DNA of 64,000 bases from contig OZ024742.1 in the NCBI GenBank assembly GCA_964016885.1, positions 85,126,001 through 85,190,000 of the forward strand. Reading direction: 5' to 3'. The DNA comes from Eledone cirrhosa. Lineage: Eukaryota. This document shows, piece by piece, positions 1-13,325 of this stretch; within the stretch, counting starts at the first letter, position 1, and each line of letters opens with the position of its first letter. A program made the translations under genes and the position numbers. The notes under the pieces were generated by a model, which was not told where the DNA came from, did no database searches, and saw only the letters and a list, made by a program, of their open reading frames with translations.

Positions 1-45
1 TGTTTTGTCTAATTAATTTATCTGTATTCTATTCCGATATTATAA

Positions 46-87
46 ATGTGTGTGTATGTAAGTATTATTTTTTTTATATGTATGTGG

Positions 88-130
<43 letters not shown>

Positions 131-165
131 GTGTATGTATGTGTATTTATATATATATATATGTA

Positions 166-249
<84 letters not shown>

Positions 250-271
250 GTTTATATATATGTGTATGTAT

Positions 272-306
<35 letters not shown>

Positions 307-440
307 AATATATATATACATATGTGTGTGCGTGTATGTTTGTATGTATGTATGTACGTGTGTGTGTATATATATATACATATATATGCACATGTACATA
401 GACATAGATACATATATGTGTGTGTATTTTTATATCCATT
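46..440. repeat. (TA)n/(TG)n compound microsatellite
   Basis: Direct dinucleotide runs; the YI-repeat ORFs here are artefacts. Confidence 0.95.
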
Positions 441-677
441 TACATTATTTCATGTAATTTTATGTATTTTTGTACATCATTGTGTTTATCTACGAGTTGC
501 GGTTGTGCGCATGCGAGTGTTTTTATTTATACCATACTATTTTGTAATTGGTTTGTTACTTTTTCGGCTGTCCGGTCAGATGCATACATATATTAAATCA
601 ATAACATGAAATGCGCTTATGTTTGTATCTATGTATACCCACGCTTCTATATATGTGTGTATATATATGTTTGTATG

Positions 678-809
<132 letters not shown>

Positions 810-1174
810 AGAGGGGAGGCTGGACTGGTGCAAATCCTTGGAAGGTTTATTATGCTATGATCATTTCAATGACCGGGTTCAGTATGAATCCGGTGATATC
901 ATCAGGTATTCGAAATATAACAAAGGAATATAACAGATAAAATACATGGGGCTGAAAATCAATGGGGCTGATAATCAGAGGCAAGAGGACGACCGACTAT
1001 TTAGCAGCTTCTACCTCAGTCGGCTGCGCATTATAATAATTACCTCCGTACTCACACCACCAACTACACAAACGAAGATGGGTGAGTTGCATTACGTTGA
1101 GTACTCTCCATAATATTACATCGAGATTGACCATATGGAATGACCAGTTCTATCCAGTGGTGAACAAACTAACC

Positions 1175-1176
<2 letters not shown>
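810..1176 (-). mobile_element. Non-coding PLE-like terminal fragment carrying an HHR, between (TA)n tracts
   Basis: Unique sequence bounded by (TA)n; minus-strand HHR at 852-909 followed by AATAAA. Confidence 0.6.
852..909 (-). ncRNA. Type I hammerhead ribozyme motif (weak stem I)
   Basis: Minus strand: ATAC-CTGATGA-(ACCGG...CCGGT stem II)-GAAA-TGATCA-TA-GCAT; palindromic stem III, AUA cleavage triplet, one mismatch in stem I. Confidence 0.65.
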
Positions 1177-1270
<94 letters not shown>

Positions 1271-1315
1271 TAAACAAATAATGAATAAACAATTCCTTAT
1301 ATTAAACAAAAAAAG

Positions 1316-1469
1316 TTCATTATTTAACGATCGTTTCTAGGATATATATGTGTTAGAGTTGGCATGCATATTCAACAGATCTATGTACAAAATTATACAA
1401 AATTATACAAACTATCAAGATTAAATATACATACCAACACATATATACGCCGTCTTCAGAAATAATGAA
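1316..1469 (-). ncRNA. Type I hammerhead ribozyme with a very long stem II
   Basis: Minus strand: TTCATTATTT-CTGAAGA-(~115-nt irregular hairpin)-GAAA-CGATCG-TT-AAATAATGAA; perfect 10-bp stem I, palindromic CGATCG. Confidence 0.75.
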
Positions 1470-2108
1470 ATATATTTATTGATAATAACAACAATTCAAA
1501 CTTTCAGGTCCGTTTGGGAACAAAATTGACCAATGAAAATACAAAAGGTTTAATGCAGTTCGGTGTGTGTATATACATGTAACAACCCTTACACATATTT
1601 TACAAAAATGTATGCACAACCTGTATACGCATCCAAAAAGGATGGATGCAAATACAAAATTTCAAGGTTAATGTCTCTGTAAGTTTATAATGCACAGATA
1701 AGATGCGTATAGATACATAAATATGAAATAAGTGTATACACATATTTTCATACTAACACATATCCGTACAATCACACATACACGCGCGTATATGCATAAA
1801 CATACACATAAACTACGAACATACAAACACACACACACCCCCACTCACATATATATATATGTGGATATAAAATCCTAAGCACATGGATATTAATTTACTC
1901 ACATAAACACTGGCACACACATTTAGATAAAGATACAGAAATTAGGTGGGAGGGGGGGGGGAGAGGTCAGTATTCAACGGTTTGGGCTGACTGCTTAATA
2001 TAGATGTATCTATAAACTAAGAAAATAAATATAATAAATAATAAATAAACATTAAAAAGGAAAGAAAAGAAAAATAAAAAATAAAAAAGAAAAAAGAAAT
2101 ATATCAAG

Positions 2109-2109
<1 letters not shown>

Positions 2110-2175
<66 letters not shown>

Positions 2176-2338
2176 ATATATATACATACACACACACACA
2201 CACATATATATACATACACATATACAAACACATACATACATATACACACATCCACACTTAGAACATACATACACACACATATATAAACATATACATATAA
2301 CCACATACATACATATACACACATACATATAAATACAC

Positions 2339-2395
<57 letters not shown>

Positions 2396-2720
2396 CACTC
2401 ATACATACACATATAATCACACATACTATATAGACACACATATATATACACACATACACACACATATACATACACTTACATACATATATACATACAGATA
2501 TACACATACATACCTATATATACACACAAATACATACAGACATATATACATACATACAGACAAATACTTACGCATCTATATATCGGTATATACATACAAA
2601 CATCACTACACTCTCACACAACTCAGACATACAAAGAAAAAGGTATATACCCATACACATATACATATACAAATAGAGAAACATATACATATATATATAC
2701 ACATATACACACATATATAC

Positions 2721-2763
<43 letters not shown>

Positions 2764-2990
2764 CACACATACACACATACACATACATACACATACATAC
2801 ATGTACACACACATAGATATATATACACACACACATACACACATACACATACATATATAGTCATACACACACATACATCTACACGAACATACACATACAC
2901 ATATACAAAGATATATATACACACACACACACACACATACACACACACATATATATAAAAAATATAAAAAAAATATATAAAAAATAATAA

Positions 2991-3033
<43 letters not shown>

Positions 3034-3364
3034 CATACACATACATACACACATACATAGACATATATGTACTTACATACATATACATAGATACATACAC
3101 ACACATACATACATATATATATACACACATAGACATATACATACATACACACATAACATACATACACACATATATACTCATACATAGAATTAGATATATA
3201 ATCATACATACATACGCACTTACATATACTCATATATACAAATACAAACGCATCCATATATGCGTATATACATTGAAACACCACTACACCCTCACCCAAC
3301 TCAGACATACAAAGAAAAAGGCATATACATATACATATATACACGCATTAATAGATATATATAT

Positions 3365-3408
<44 letters not shown>

Positions 3409-3656
3409 ACTTATATACATATACCCACACACACATACAACCATAAATACACATACAAACACCCACATATATATATATATATACACATATATATATATAT
3501 ACACACACATAAAAAACAGACATGCACATATATACATTTTTTTACACATATATATACACATATATATACACATATACACACCCTCACATATACACATACA
3601 CATAAGTTATATTATAATAATAAATAATATATATATATATACACATACATATATAC

Positions 3657-3708
<52 letters not shown>

Positions 3709-3970
3709 GAATATAGACATATATACACACACAGATATATATACATATATATATACACATACATATACATACACACACATATACACATTCACATATATAT
3801 GTGTGTGCACACACACATATATATACATACACACATATACACATAAACACATATATGTGTATACATGCACACACACACATATATCCACATAGATACGAAG
3901 ATAGACATATAAATAGAGAGACATACATATATATATACACACACACATATACATACATACATACACACAC

Positions 3971-4029
<59 letters not shown>

Positions 4030-4120
4030 CACATACAGACATACACATACACATACATATACACATGCATATATACACATATACACATACATACACACAT
4101 ATATATATACACACACAATC
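2110..4120. repeat. Complex (TA)n/(CA)n/(CATA)n microsatellite block with internal duplications
   Basis: Direct reading; e.g. AACTCAGACATACAAAGAAAA occurs near 2620 and again near 3298. Confidence 0.9.
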
Positions 4121-5172
4121 ATACTTTCTTATTTGCATGCGCATATATGTATTTTTATATTCAGATATAAATACCCAAATAAATATACACCTACCTACAT
4201 ATATATTCATACATACACGCTTACAAACACAGATGATAATAGTATGGGGGAAAGGGGGGGGGGGGGGTTGGAGAAGGGGATATAGTAAATATATGTTTCA
4301 AGAAACATAGAATATTATCCGTATCTAGATCCAATGTATGTTTTTACATAGTATCAGTGTTAGGAAATACAATAAACAAGAAATAAGGCAAAATTTATGC
4401 ATTTCAAAATAAATAAGTATACCATTAATTATATGTTAACTAAACTAAAGATAGTTAACATATTGATTTCTAAGGTGTAAATTAGTTAGGTTTATAATAT
4501 TTGAAGCAGAATTTTGAAGTTAAATAGTAGTAGAGTATTAATTATAGTATAACTAAATTAAAGTTAATAACTTTATGGTATCAATATTAGGAAATGAATT
4601 TAGTAATAGGGAAAAAACAAATAAAGTATTACATCGGTAGTAGAATATAAAATATAGGTTAATTAAATTAAAAATTATATATTTATTTCTATAGTATATG
4701 TTAATTAGGTATATAATAAATAAAACAGATATTGTATTTTATCAATAGCAGAATATAATTATATGCAAATAGAAATCAAAATTAATACATATACATATAC
4801 ATATACATACACATATATATATACATATATATACATATATATATACATATATACACATATACATACGCACACACATACACATAATATAATTTTGTATAAT
4901 TTTGTATAATTTTGTACATAGATCTGTTGAATATGCATGCCAACTCTAACACATATATATCCTAGAAACGATCGTTAAATAATGAACTTTTTTTGTTTAA
5001 TATAAGGAATTGTTTATTCATTATTTGTTTAATATTTTATCTTGACTCTGTATACCGTTTATCTTTCACCGAAAGTGATTTTTCATTACATCTCTTCTTT
5101 CCATGATATCCGGAATACATTGAGTTCTTCATACGGATTGGACACTACCGTAAACTCTTGGTAGATTTATCT

Positions 5173-5230
<58 letters not shown>

Positions 5231-5234
5231 CGTA

Positions 5235-5557
5235 CATATATATACCTACACACAAACACACATATATACAGAAACTCACACACACACATACACATATACA
5301 TACATACACACACATACATACAAACATATATACACATACATACACACACATACATACAAACATATATACACATACATATACACACATACATATTCACATA
5401 CATACATACATCTGTGTGTGTGTGTATGTATGTGAATATGTATGTGTGTATATGTATGTGTATATATGTTTGTATGTATGTGTGTGTATGTATGTATATG
5501 TGTATGTGTGTGTGTGAGTTTCTGTATATATGTGTGTTTGTGTGTAGGTATATATAT
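5235..5557. repeat. Fold-back (inverted) copy of a complex microsatellite
   Basis: CATATATATACCTACACACAAAC...GAAACTCAC on the left is the reverse complement of GTGAGTTTC...GTTTGTGTGTAGGTATATATATG on the right. Confidence 0.85.
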
Positions 5558-6164
5558 GTCAGGTCACCAGTTGGTGCTACTGGTAACATGTATCCCAGTA
5601 CAACCTGTCTCATGGTCGGGTCGTTGGCGACTAAACTGGCAACCCCACCAAGGTTTCTTGGTGAGGAGGGTGACTTTGGACATCCTGCAGGACTAAAAAC
5701 AAAACCTGTCAAAGGGCAAAGGAGCTCTTAAGAGTCAATGGCCATCCAAAATCACCGGGAGAGATGACCCCTTAGCCTTTGTCAAGGCAGAATTCTAGGA
5801 GAAGGAAAACTCTGATATAACACCTGCAACCCTGATGGTATCCAATGATGTTGACTTGTTCTTCTTTTTGGTAAATATCACCTTGGTTAAGAGAGTGGGA
5901 CTGGCTTTGTGCAGTGCCTTTGCTCACTATAAAAGCTTCACGGCACAGGCATTGCTTTATATCTGGAGATCTCTGCACTTGTCGTCACAGGGTACCATGG
6001 GCCCAGCACTATGTGTCAATAATTGTCACAAGTGTAGTGTTTGTACCAGAGTTTTCAAGTCGCTGGCTGGAATAAAAAGTCACATTCGTTCAGCGCATCG
6101 GTAGGGGTTCTCCTACATGGATATAAAGTAGTGGCCGTACTCGAAAACGAGTTGGCAGCCACCA
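5558..6164 (+). mobile_element. RTE-derived bipartite non-autonomous retroelement, copy 1 of 3
   Basis: Highly similar to 45898-46507 and 55969-56577; RTE-like 5' UTR word GGAGAAGGAAAACTCTG; 3' part encodes CSVCTRVFKSLAGIKSHIRSAHR* (RTE-type C-terminal zinc finger) and a CTCG-AAAA-CGAG hairpin. Confidence 0.75.
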
Positions 6165-6175
6165 TATATATGTAC

Positions 6176-6214
<39 letters not shown>

Positions 6215-6320
6215 ACTTTTTCGGCTGTCCGGCCAGATGCATACATATATGAAATCGATAACATGAAATGCGCTTATGTTTGTATCTATGTATACTCACG
6301 CTTGTATATATGTGTGTATA

Positions 6321-8285
6321 AAACCATACTAGATAGGCTTTTGCCCAAGTTTTAGAAAAGAACTAGATTACAGCAATGTAACGGGAGAGGTAATAGAATG
6401 GTTTAAGAAACTACCTGAGAAAAGCGGGGCCACCTTTATCCAACTCGATATCGCAGGCTACTACTCCTCAATCTCGCCCACAGTACTCAATAAGGCCCTT
6501 TTTTTTGCAATGTCCAATACGGACCTAACCCAAGAGGGGGTGAGCTCATCCACGCCGCACGAAAGACCTTAATCCGTTTCGATGGAGACCTTTGGTCCAG
6601 GAGTGATTGGGCTCCAGCGACTCAGCACAGGTAACGGACCTGGTTGGGCTCTTCCTGCTGAAGCAAATAAAAGATGAAATCCCTACCCCGATTATATCGT
6701 GACGATGCTCTATTCACAGTCTATGACAACAATACCAATATGGTGGAGAGAATGAAGAGGCGTATTCAAAATTTCTTTAAGAACCAGCGGGTCAGTATAG
6801 AACTAGACCCAAATGGAAAGGTCGTTAACTTCCTAGACACCACCCTAAACCTCAACACCGAGCAATACTACCCCTACCACAAGCCCAACGACAAACTTGT
6901 TTATGTTAACGCCAAGTCAAACCACCCTAGATCCATAACCAAGGCCGTGGTGAAGAGTATCGGGGATAGGATCTCCAGCCTCTCCGCAAATAAGGAAATC
7001 TTCAATAACAATGCGGGATATTACAACGCAGCTCTAAATAAGGCGGCACATGGCCACAATATAGGATATAGCCCGAGGTGCCGGGATGGGGATGGCCCAA
7101 CGGATGACCCCACACCCGTAGTCCGGGAGGGGACGAACCATAACAATACAGGCAGAATGGAAACAACTAAGCACCATGAGCCTGACACTACTATATGGTG
7201 ACGAGTACGCGTAACCATGGGAAGAAACCCAATACGAGTAGCGGTCTTAGGGGTGATACTAACCACCCCGGGCCCGACGACCCCAAACGCAAAAACGTGG
7301 GTGGGGTGAAGGGGGACCAACCCATCGTGGATCTCTCGGCGCGGGCAACAACCACCCCACGGATATCGGGCCGAGAACATAGCAATACACATAGCGCCCA
7401 AAGGGGAAGCAACAATGCAGGAACCTAGCAATCCAATAACTCTCCAACAGCCCACGGTGCCCTCAACCCACCCACATAGCAGTAGACGCAGAAAAATCAC
7501 GTGGTACAACCCCACCCTACTCAGCGGCCCTAAAGAACAGCTTGGCGCGATCATTCTTTGGAACACTTGATAAATGCTTCCCGAAGGACCCAACAGACAC
7601 AATGTGAAGCTCCCGTATTCCACCACGAGAAATCTGGCCCAACACGTAGCTGGCATCAACAGGAGTAGGCTTAAAAACCACACCAACCAGAAACTCGCAA
7701 TATAAGCACCCAGCAGAACCATGTGGAAGGAGAGAAGGGTGGACCCAATGCCCACACAAGAAACTTAAACAGACCCACGGACCCCCCACCGGGCCCGGGG
7801 GAGGACCACCATATAACACGTAACGGGAACCCCACACTAGGCACACAGAGGTCGACCAACTTCTGCAACTGTAGAAACCGCGAATTATGCCCTCTTAGTA
7901 ATGAATGCCTTAGAAAGAACCTAATATACGCATGTAGAGTAAAACCCCCAACTCTTAACACATTTACTTAGGAACCACAACAAAGAGCTTTAAAGACCGT
8001 TGATATAACCATCGCCATTCCTTCAACAAGGATGTCAAAAGGAAAAGTACGACTCTTTCCGAACTGATCAGTAATCTTAAGCTGGACAGGACCCCGTATT
8101 CTCTAGCCTGGTCCATAATCAGGAAAGTACCACCTGAGGGGGGATCTGGTATCTGCAAACTATGTCTGAGCGAGAGCCTCGAGATACTAAGAGGTTGAAG
8201 CCGCCTGATAAACCTCAGAACCGACTTCTTCGGAACATGTAGACACCTCAGGGCAGGGACCTTCCTCAAGCTATATGGACAGTAA
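6321..8285 (+). pseudogene. 5'-truncated, frameshifted Penelope-like retroelement ORF (RT + GIY-YIG endonuclease), Naiad-like
   Basis: Fragments VIEWFKK..FIQLDIAGYY, LYRDD, VNFLDTTLNL..YHKPND..YVNAKSNHP, RRKITWYNP, CNCRNRELCPLSNECL, NLIY..IYLG..SFKDR, CKLCLSE and terminal CRH; stops and frameshifts throughout. Confidence 0.9.
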
Positions 8286-8690
8286 CAATACACTGGAATG
8301 TGAACTCCCCTCAAGCGATAGGGACCTATCCTGGACGAGCAGACACCACATGGTCGGGACCTTCCTCAAGCTATACGGATAAGAACAAAACATTGGGATG
8401 GGAACTTCCCTCTAGCTTCATGGAGAGGAGCCCCACCATACCACTGCCCCGATCGACCTCTGTGACAACACATACCCATGCATATGTCCATACATGGATA
8501 CTGTTATTAAAGATTACACATGCACAGATACTTACATGTGTGGTGTGTGTGTGTGAGTGTGTATGTGTGTGTGTGTGTGTATATATGAGTGTGTGGGTGT
8601 GTGCATAGGGGATGCAACTGGACTGTGCCTGTGGGTGTGTGCTTGGAACCATGTGAGTTGACAGACGCGAATATGAGCTCCATACCAGAA

Positions 8691-8718
8691 TGGGAACTGT
8701 AGTCCGTCGCATTTCCGG
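8691..8718 (-). promoter_or_regulatory. ZNF143/THAP11-like ACTACA motif next to an ETS motif, downstream of the PLE ORF
   Basis: Minus strand GGACTACAGTTCCCA (8691-8705) and CCGGAAAT (8711-8718); motif match only. Confidence 0.35.
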
Positions 8719-8837
8719 ATTTCGACACCCGGATTATGGGCTATTACACTCCAACCTTGTCTCACCTGCTATTAATACACAACACACTATAATAGTCTAG
8801 AGATTGATTCTGACACAGCCTTTCTAATTTGGCCTAC

Positions 8838-9968
8838 ATCTTCCAAATCTTTCTAACTTTGGCATTGGTTATAACACACACACATTTTATTTGAATATCT
8901 TATTTTATTCTTTTATCATCTTATTCCTTCTACCAGTTTATCATTTTTTTGTTTACTTATTTGCTTATATTATATTATTTTATTTTATTTTATATTATTT
9001 TATTCCATTTTACTTCACTTTACTTCTTTATTTCTTTATTTTGTTCTTATTTTTTAGTCTTATACCTTTTGCTTTCATCTTATTGTTCTCTTCATTTTTG
9101 TCCATTTTAATGCCTTTTATTCTTTCATACGCTTACGCCCCCCCCCCCACACACTCCCACACCACCACCACAAGAAATAGTGGCAGGATGGATGCCAACA
9201 CACAGACACAGACCCTTCTAAAATCAGTAGCAGTAAGACTTAAGCTGACCGCAGCATCAAAACCAATGCCAACACAAGGGTAGAGGTCAGGTGTACTTAA
9301 CAATAGCAAAAACAAACACTACAGATCGCCTCACCTCAGAAAGAATTTCTATAGACTTTTGACTGATGCTCTCACAACTGACCAATGGGAGGAGAGGATC
9401 TTCCAAATCTTTCTAACTTTGAGATTGGTTATAACACACACACATTTTATTAGATTATCTTATTTTATTCTTTTATCATCTTATTCCTTCTACCATTTTA
9501 TCATTTTTTTTTGTTTACTTATTTGCTATATTATCTTATATTATTTTATTTTATTCTATCTTATTTCATTTTATTTTATTTTACTCTATTTTTCTTTATT
9601 TTATTCGTATTTTTTAGTCTTTTACCTTTTCATTTCATTTTATTAATTTTTTATTATTTATTATTTATTTTTTATTTTTTATTTTCTTCATCTTATTGCC
9701 TTTTATTTCTTAATATGCTTGACCCCCCCCCCACCACGAGATATGGTGGCAGGATAGATGCCAACACACACACACAGGTCCTTCTAAAATCAACAGCAGC
9801 AGGACTTAACTTTGACCCCAGCACCATTACCACTACCAACATAAGGGTAGAGGTCAGTGTATACTTAACAATAACAAACACAACCACTATAGATTGCCTT
9901 GCCTCAGAAAGAATTTCTATAGACTTTTGACTGAGGAATGTTCTCACAACTGACCAATGGGAGGAGAT
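8838..9968. repeat. Diverged ~560-bp tandem duplication (2 units)
   Basis: ATCTTCCAAATCTTTCTAACTTTG at 8838 and 9398; both units end CTCACAACTGACCAATGGGAGGAGA. Confidence 0.9.
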
Positions 9969-10090
9969 GATGTCTTTTGAAATTCGTTTGTTTAAATTCA
10001 TATGATTCCAGTTCCTCATAGAAACAACAACCCAACCAGGAACTGGGCATATAACAGTATTGACAAAGTTAAACACCTCATCAACATGAG

Positions 10091-10147
10091 TACTGCCTGA
10101 AGAGGTCACAGCCAAAGATGGCTGTCACCGAAATATATATAGCAGTA
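10091..10147 (+). ncRNA. Type I hammerhead ribozyme
   Basis: TACTGC-CTGAAGA-GGTCACAGCC/GGCTGTCACC-GAAA-TATATA-TA-GCAGTA; perfect 6-bp stem I, overlapping AATAAA. Confidence 0.9.
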
Positions 10148-10295
10148 ATAAATGAAGCCAAATTTTAAATATTTGACTTATTTATTTTAATTTATTTTAT
10201 ATATGTATCAATGATCGTTGGCAAATCACTGATGAGGGACTCATTTTATAATATGTAATCCATGTGCAGCCATGCAGTATTCTTCTCCCCATATT

Positions 10296-10338
<43 letters not shown>

Positions 10339-10341
<3 letters not shown>

Positions 10342-11977
10342 TCTTTTACGCTTCATTCTATTATTTATTATAGTATATCGACTATATTTTATTCCACTTC
10401 GCACCCTCCATACATTTCGTCGATTCTGTCCCCATTAGCCTACCTTAATTCTACTTAAGTCAGTTTTTTAGATATCGTTGCGTATATGACAGTAAACATT
10501 TTCATTCCTTTTTGTAAACATTTGTAATGAAACATTAAAGTTTATAAACTTTAATGACTTAAACTACAGCTAATATTATACTACCTTATTGGATAGGTTT
10601 GATATTTTTAATATTAATTTATCAAATAGGGTTTTGAGTCAATTAAAATGATTGTTTTCCTTAGTGTTTACCTAATTTCTTAACCGCATGTGAGGCCTTA
10701 GTGTGTATATATTTGCTTTTGTTTTGTAATTTCCGGTTGATTATATTTATTTATTTATTTCATTCTATATTCTATTTACTATCCACTGTCTGGCTTTGCT
10801 TACACATCCACATATGTCTGTCTACTAACCTGTCTGGCTTTGCTTACACATCCACATATGTCTGTCTACTAACCTTGTGATTATAAGTATTATTTTATGT
10901 CAATTTATAATATATTATATTATATTGTATTGTAATATTGATCCTTATTACTTACTGTTCATTATATGTAACATTATGACATTTAAACTTTATATATCAT
11001 GTAAGATGTTTGTATATTTTGTAATATTGTAATATTGATCCTTATTACTTACTGTTCATTATATGTAACATTATGATATTTAGACTTTACATATCATGTA
11101 AGATGTCTGTATATTTTTTTTTCTGTACCATCATAATTTTTACAGTACCATTATGTGTTTTTTTGAGTATTATATAATTTATTTTTCCTCATTTACTCTG
11201 TAACCCAGTATGAATCGATTTGTATACATTGTTTATGGTAAATGTTAGTACACTGTTTACGTATTATCATTGTATTTTATTGTGACATCTATATTGTTTC
11301 TGTAAACTAACCGGAAATTATCTATTTTATTATATTATATTGAATTATATAATTTTATTGTTTATTATTTATTATATGTGTCTCTTGTAATTATATCATA
11401 TTATGCCTCATGTATATTGGGTAGATGTATTGTTATTATTTTCACTCTTATCATGCTTATTTTTATATTCGAACTTCTAATAGGGCTTAATTTGTGTAGT
11501 TGATCATAGATGGGTGTATCGTTATATATGTGTGTGTGTGTGTGTGCGCACATATATACATGTATATATTGTACCTTTTGATTTTTAATTTGTAATTTTA
11601 ATGTTGGTAAAGGTATATTATTATAATGTATTATGTTTATTGCATTGTGTTATATATAATTCCTGCTCTATATAACCAAATTTGTTTAGATTTAGGTTAG
11701 TTGCTTTGGACTATATTTGTAATATGGTTCTACATCCTTAGTTATTCTTATTATTATTATATATTTTTATTATTTTTATTTTTATTTTCATTTTTATTAT
11801 CATATATTTTTGTAAGACTTTAGTGTATGCACACTCCATATTCTTCAGAGTTTCCGGCTTGTATCTGCCGATATTACTTCTTGTTGTTTTGATTGCCCTG
11901 ATGAGTCCTTAATAGGACGAAACATTGTCGGCTAATAAAAACTGTTGATGTATTAAAGGATTCTTTGTTTTACTCTC

Positions 11978-11980
<3 letters not shown>
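10339..11980 (+). mobile_element. AT-rich non-coding PLE-derived (pseudo-LTR-like) element ending in HHR + AATAAA, between (TA)n tracts
   Basis: (TA)n flanks; HHR at 11892-11936; internal 44-bp (10786-10874) and ~97-bp (10930-11117) tandem duplications. Confidence 0.6.
11892..11936 (+). ncRNA. Minimal type I hammerhead ribozyme
   Basis: ATTGCC-CTGATGA-GTCCT-TAAT-AGGAC-GAAA-CATTG-TC-GGCTAAT; canonical core, GUC triplet, overlapping AATAAA. Confidence 0.92.
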
Positions 11981-12059
<79 letters not shown>

Positions 12060-12125
12060 GAAGAGAGAAGAAACATTTAGATATAATTAGTAATAAGATG
12101 TATCATACCTAAACTGCTTCTAGAT

Positions 12126-12215
12126 TCCTCGACTACGTAGTTTCGTGGCATAATCAAAAACATTACCTCACAGAGATATAGAGTTTTTGTGAGGTCTGCC
12201 GACTTATCAAGAGGA
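12126..12215 (-). ncRNA. Degenerate hammerhead ribozyme motif in a TA-flanked element (~12058-12485)
   Basis: Minus strand: TCCTC-TTGATAA (mutated CUGAUGA)-long stem II-GAAA-CTACGTAG-TC-GAGGA. Confidence 0.6.
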
Positions 12216-12503
12216 TACCTCATTTTACTAGTTTCAGAGAGCACGTCTATAAGATGTGAGATAGAATCCCGAAAGGCGGAGGGGGTCAATCACGTAATAC
12301 GACGGTCAAGAAACAGAGCTAAGCCCCTTATAACCCTGAAAAAATACCACGGAGGCGGAGGGGGTATTTATATAGAGGCCGTAGAAGAGGTGGTTAAGGG
12401 GGCAAGAAGTATGAGTAATGGCAGCTTTCCAGCAGTCACTACACTTCAAGGATTACTCGACCAGGGGGTGTTAGAAACAATATATTGAGAAACACACAGA
12501 TAC

Positions 12504-12600
<97 letters not shown>

Positions 12601-12773
12601 TGTATTTATTATTACCCTCCAACATTACGTTCTGCATCAGTGTGTATTTTTTTCTGTTATTTTATATTATATTATATATTTCTTATCTTTATTTTATTAT
12701 ATTTCAGCCTCGCTTTCAATTGTAATGGCCTTTGGTTTTGGTTTTAAATGGATATCTTACGTCCATATTCAAT

Positions 12774-12846
12774 TTCGATTCTGATGAGCGATTTCAGACG
12801 TCTCTGTTGAGCTCGCCTGTCTTCGTGAAACCTTTGGTAAATGGAA
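12774..12846 (+). ncRNA. Type I hammerhead ribozyme in a TA-flanked element (~12601-12939)
   Basis: TTCGATT-CTGATGA-GCGA...TCGT-GAAA-CCTTTGG-TA-AATGGAA; GUA triplet, 6 of 7 pairs in stem I. Confidence 0.8.
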
Positions 12847-13068
12847 TAGCTGTCTTATGTTGTTTATTTCATAATTAAATAGCTCTGTATCATACATAGA
12901 GCACTCTCCTTTCCTTTACCCTTCTTACGGAAATACTTCATATATATATATATAAATACATACGTCTGTGTGTGTGTATGTGTGTGTGTGTGTGGTGTGT
13001 GTGTGTGTGTGTGTGTGTGCGTGTATGTGTGGGTGCGCGTGCGTGTGTGTGTGTTTTTGTGTGTGTAT

Positions 13069-13325
13069 GTATACATGAATGTATGTATAGTATATTTGGC
13101 AATATACTGCATGTTTAATTAAACACATTTTGAAGGCCATTCTCTATCAGTTCTTAAATATTATTGGAATTCTATAAGAATCCATCTTCTATAGTTCTTG
13201 ACCGAAGCAAATGAGTGAGTGTTCTTGATAAACGCGAGCAAGCAAGAAACAGGACTCTCGTTCACTCTTCTTTGTTTTGCCGAGAATAAGTAAGTGACAC
13301 AGTCACTACTTTAAAGTCGAAGTGT
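13069..13325. repeat. Dispersed repeat family shared with 35650-35785
   Basis: GTATACATGAATGTATGTATAGTATATTTGGCAATATA at both sites; 13262-13325 matches 35722-35785 in reverse complement. Confidence 0.7.

Larger units (their letters stand above)
1263..5175. mobile_element. Inverted-repeat-bounded PLE-derived element; arms ~1263-1412 and ~4889-5040, with the right arm extended to 5175
   Basis: Near-perfect reverse-complement arms, (TA)n on both sides; same family as 42701-43233. Confidence 0.75.

Noticed and set aside
9931-9990. CTGAGGA...GAAA as a possible hammerhead
   Set aside because: No convincing stem I or NUH geometry, and the paralogous unit at 9361 lacks the box
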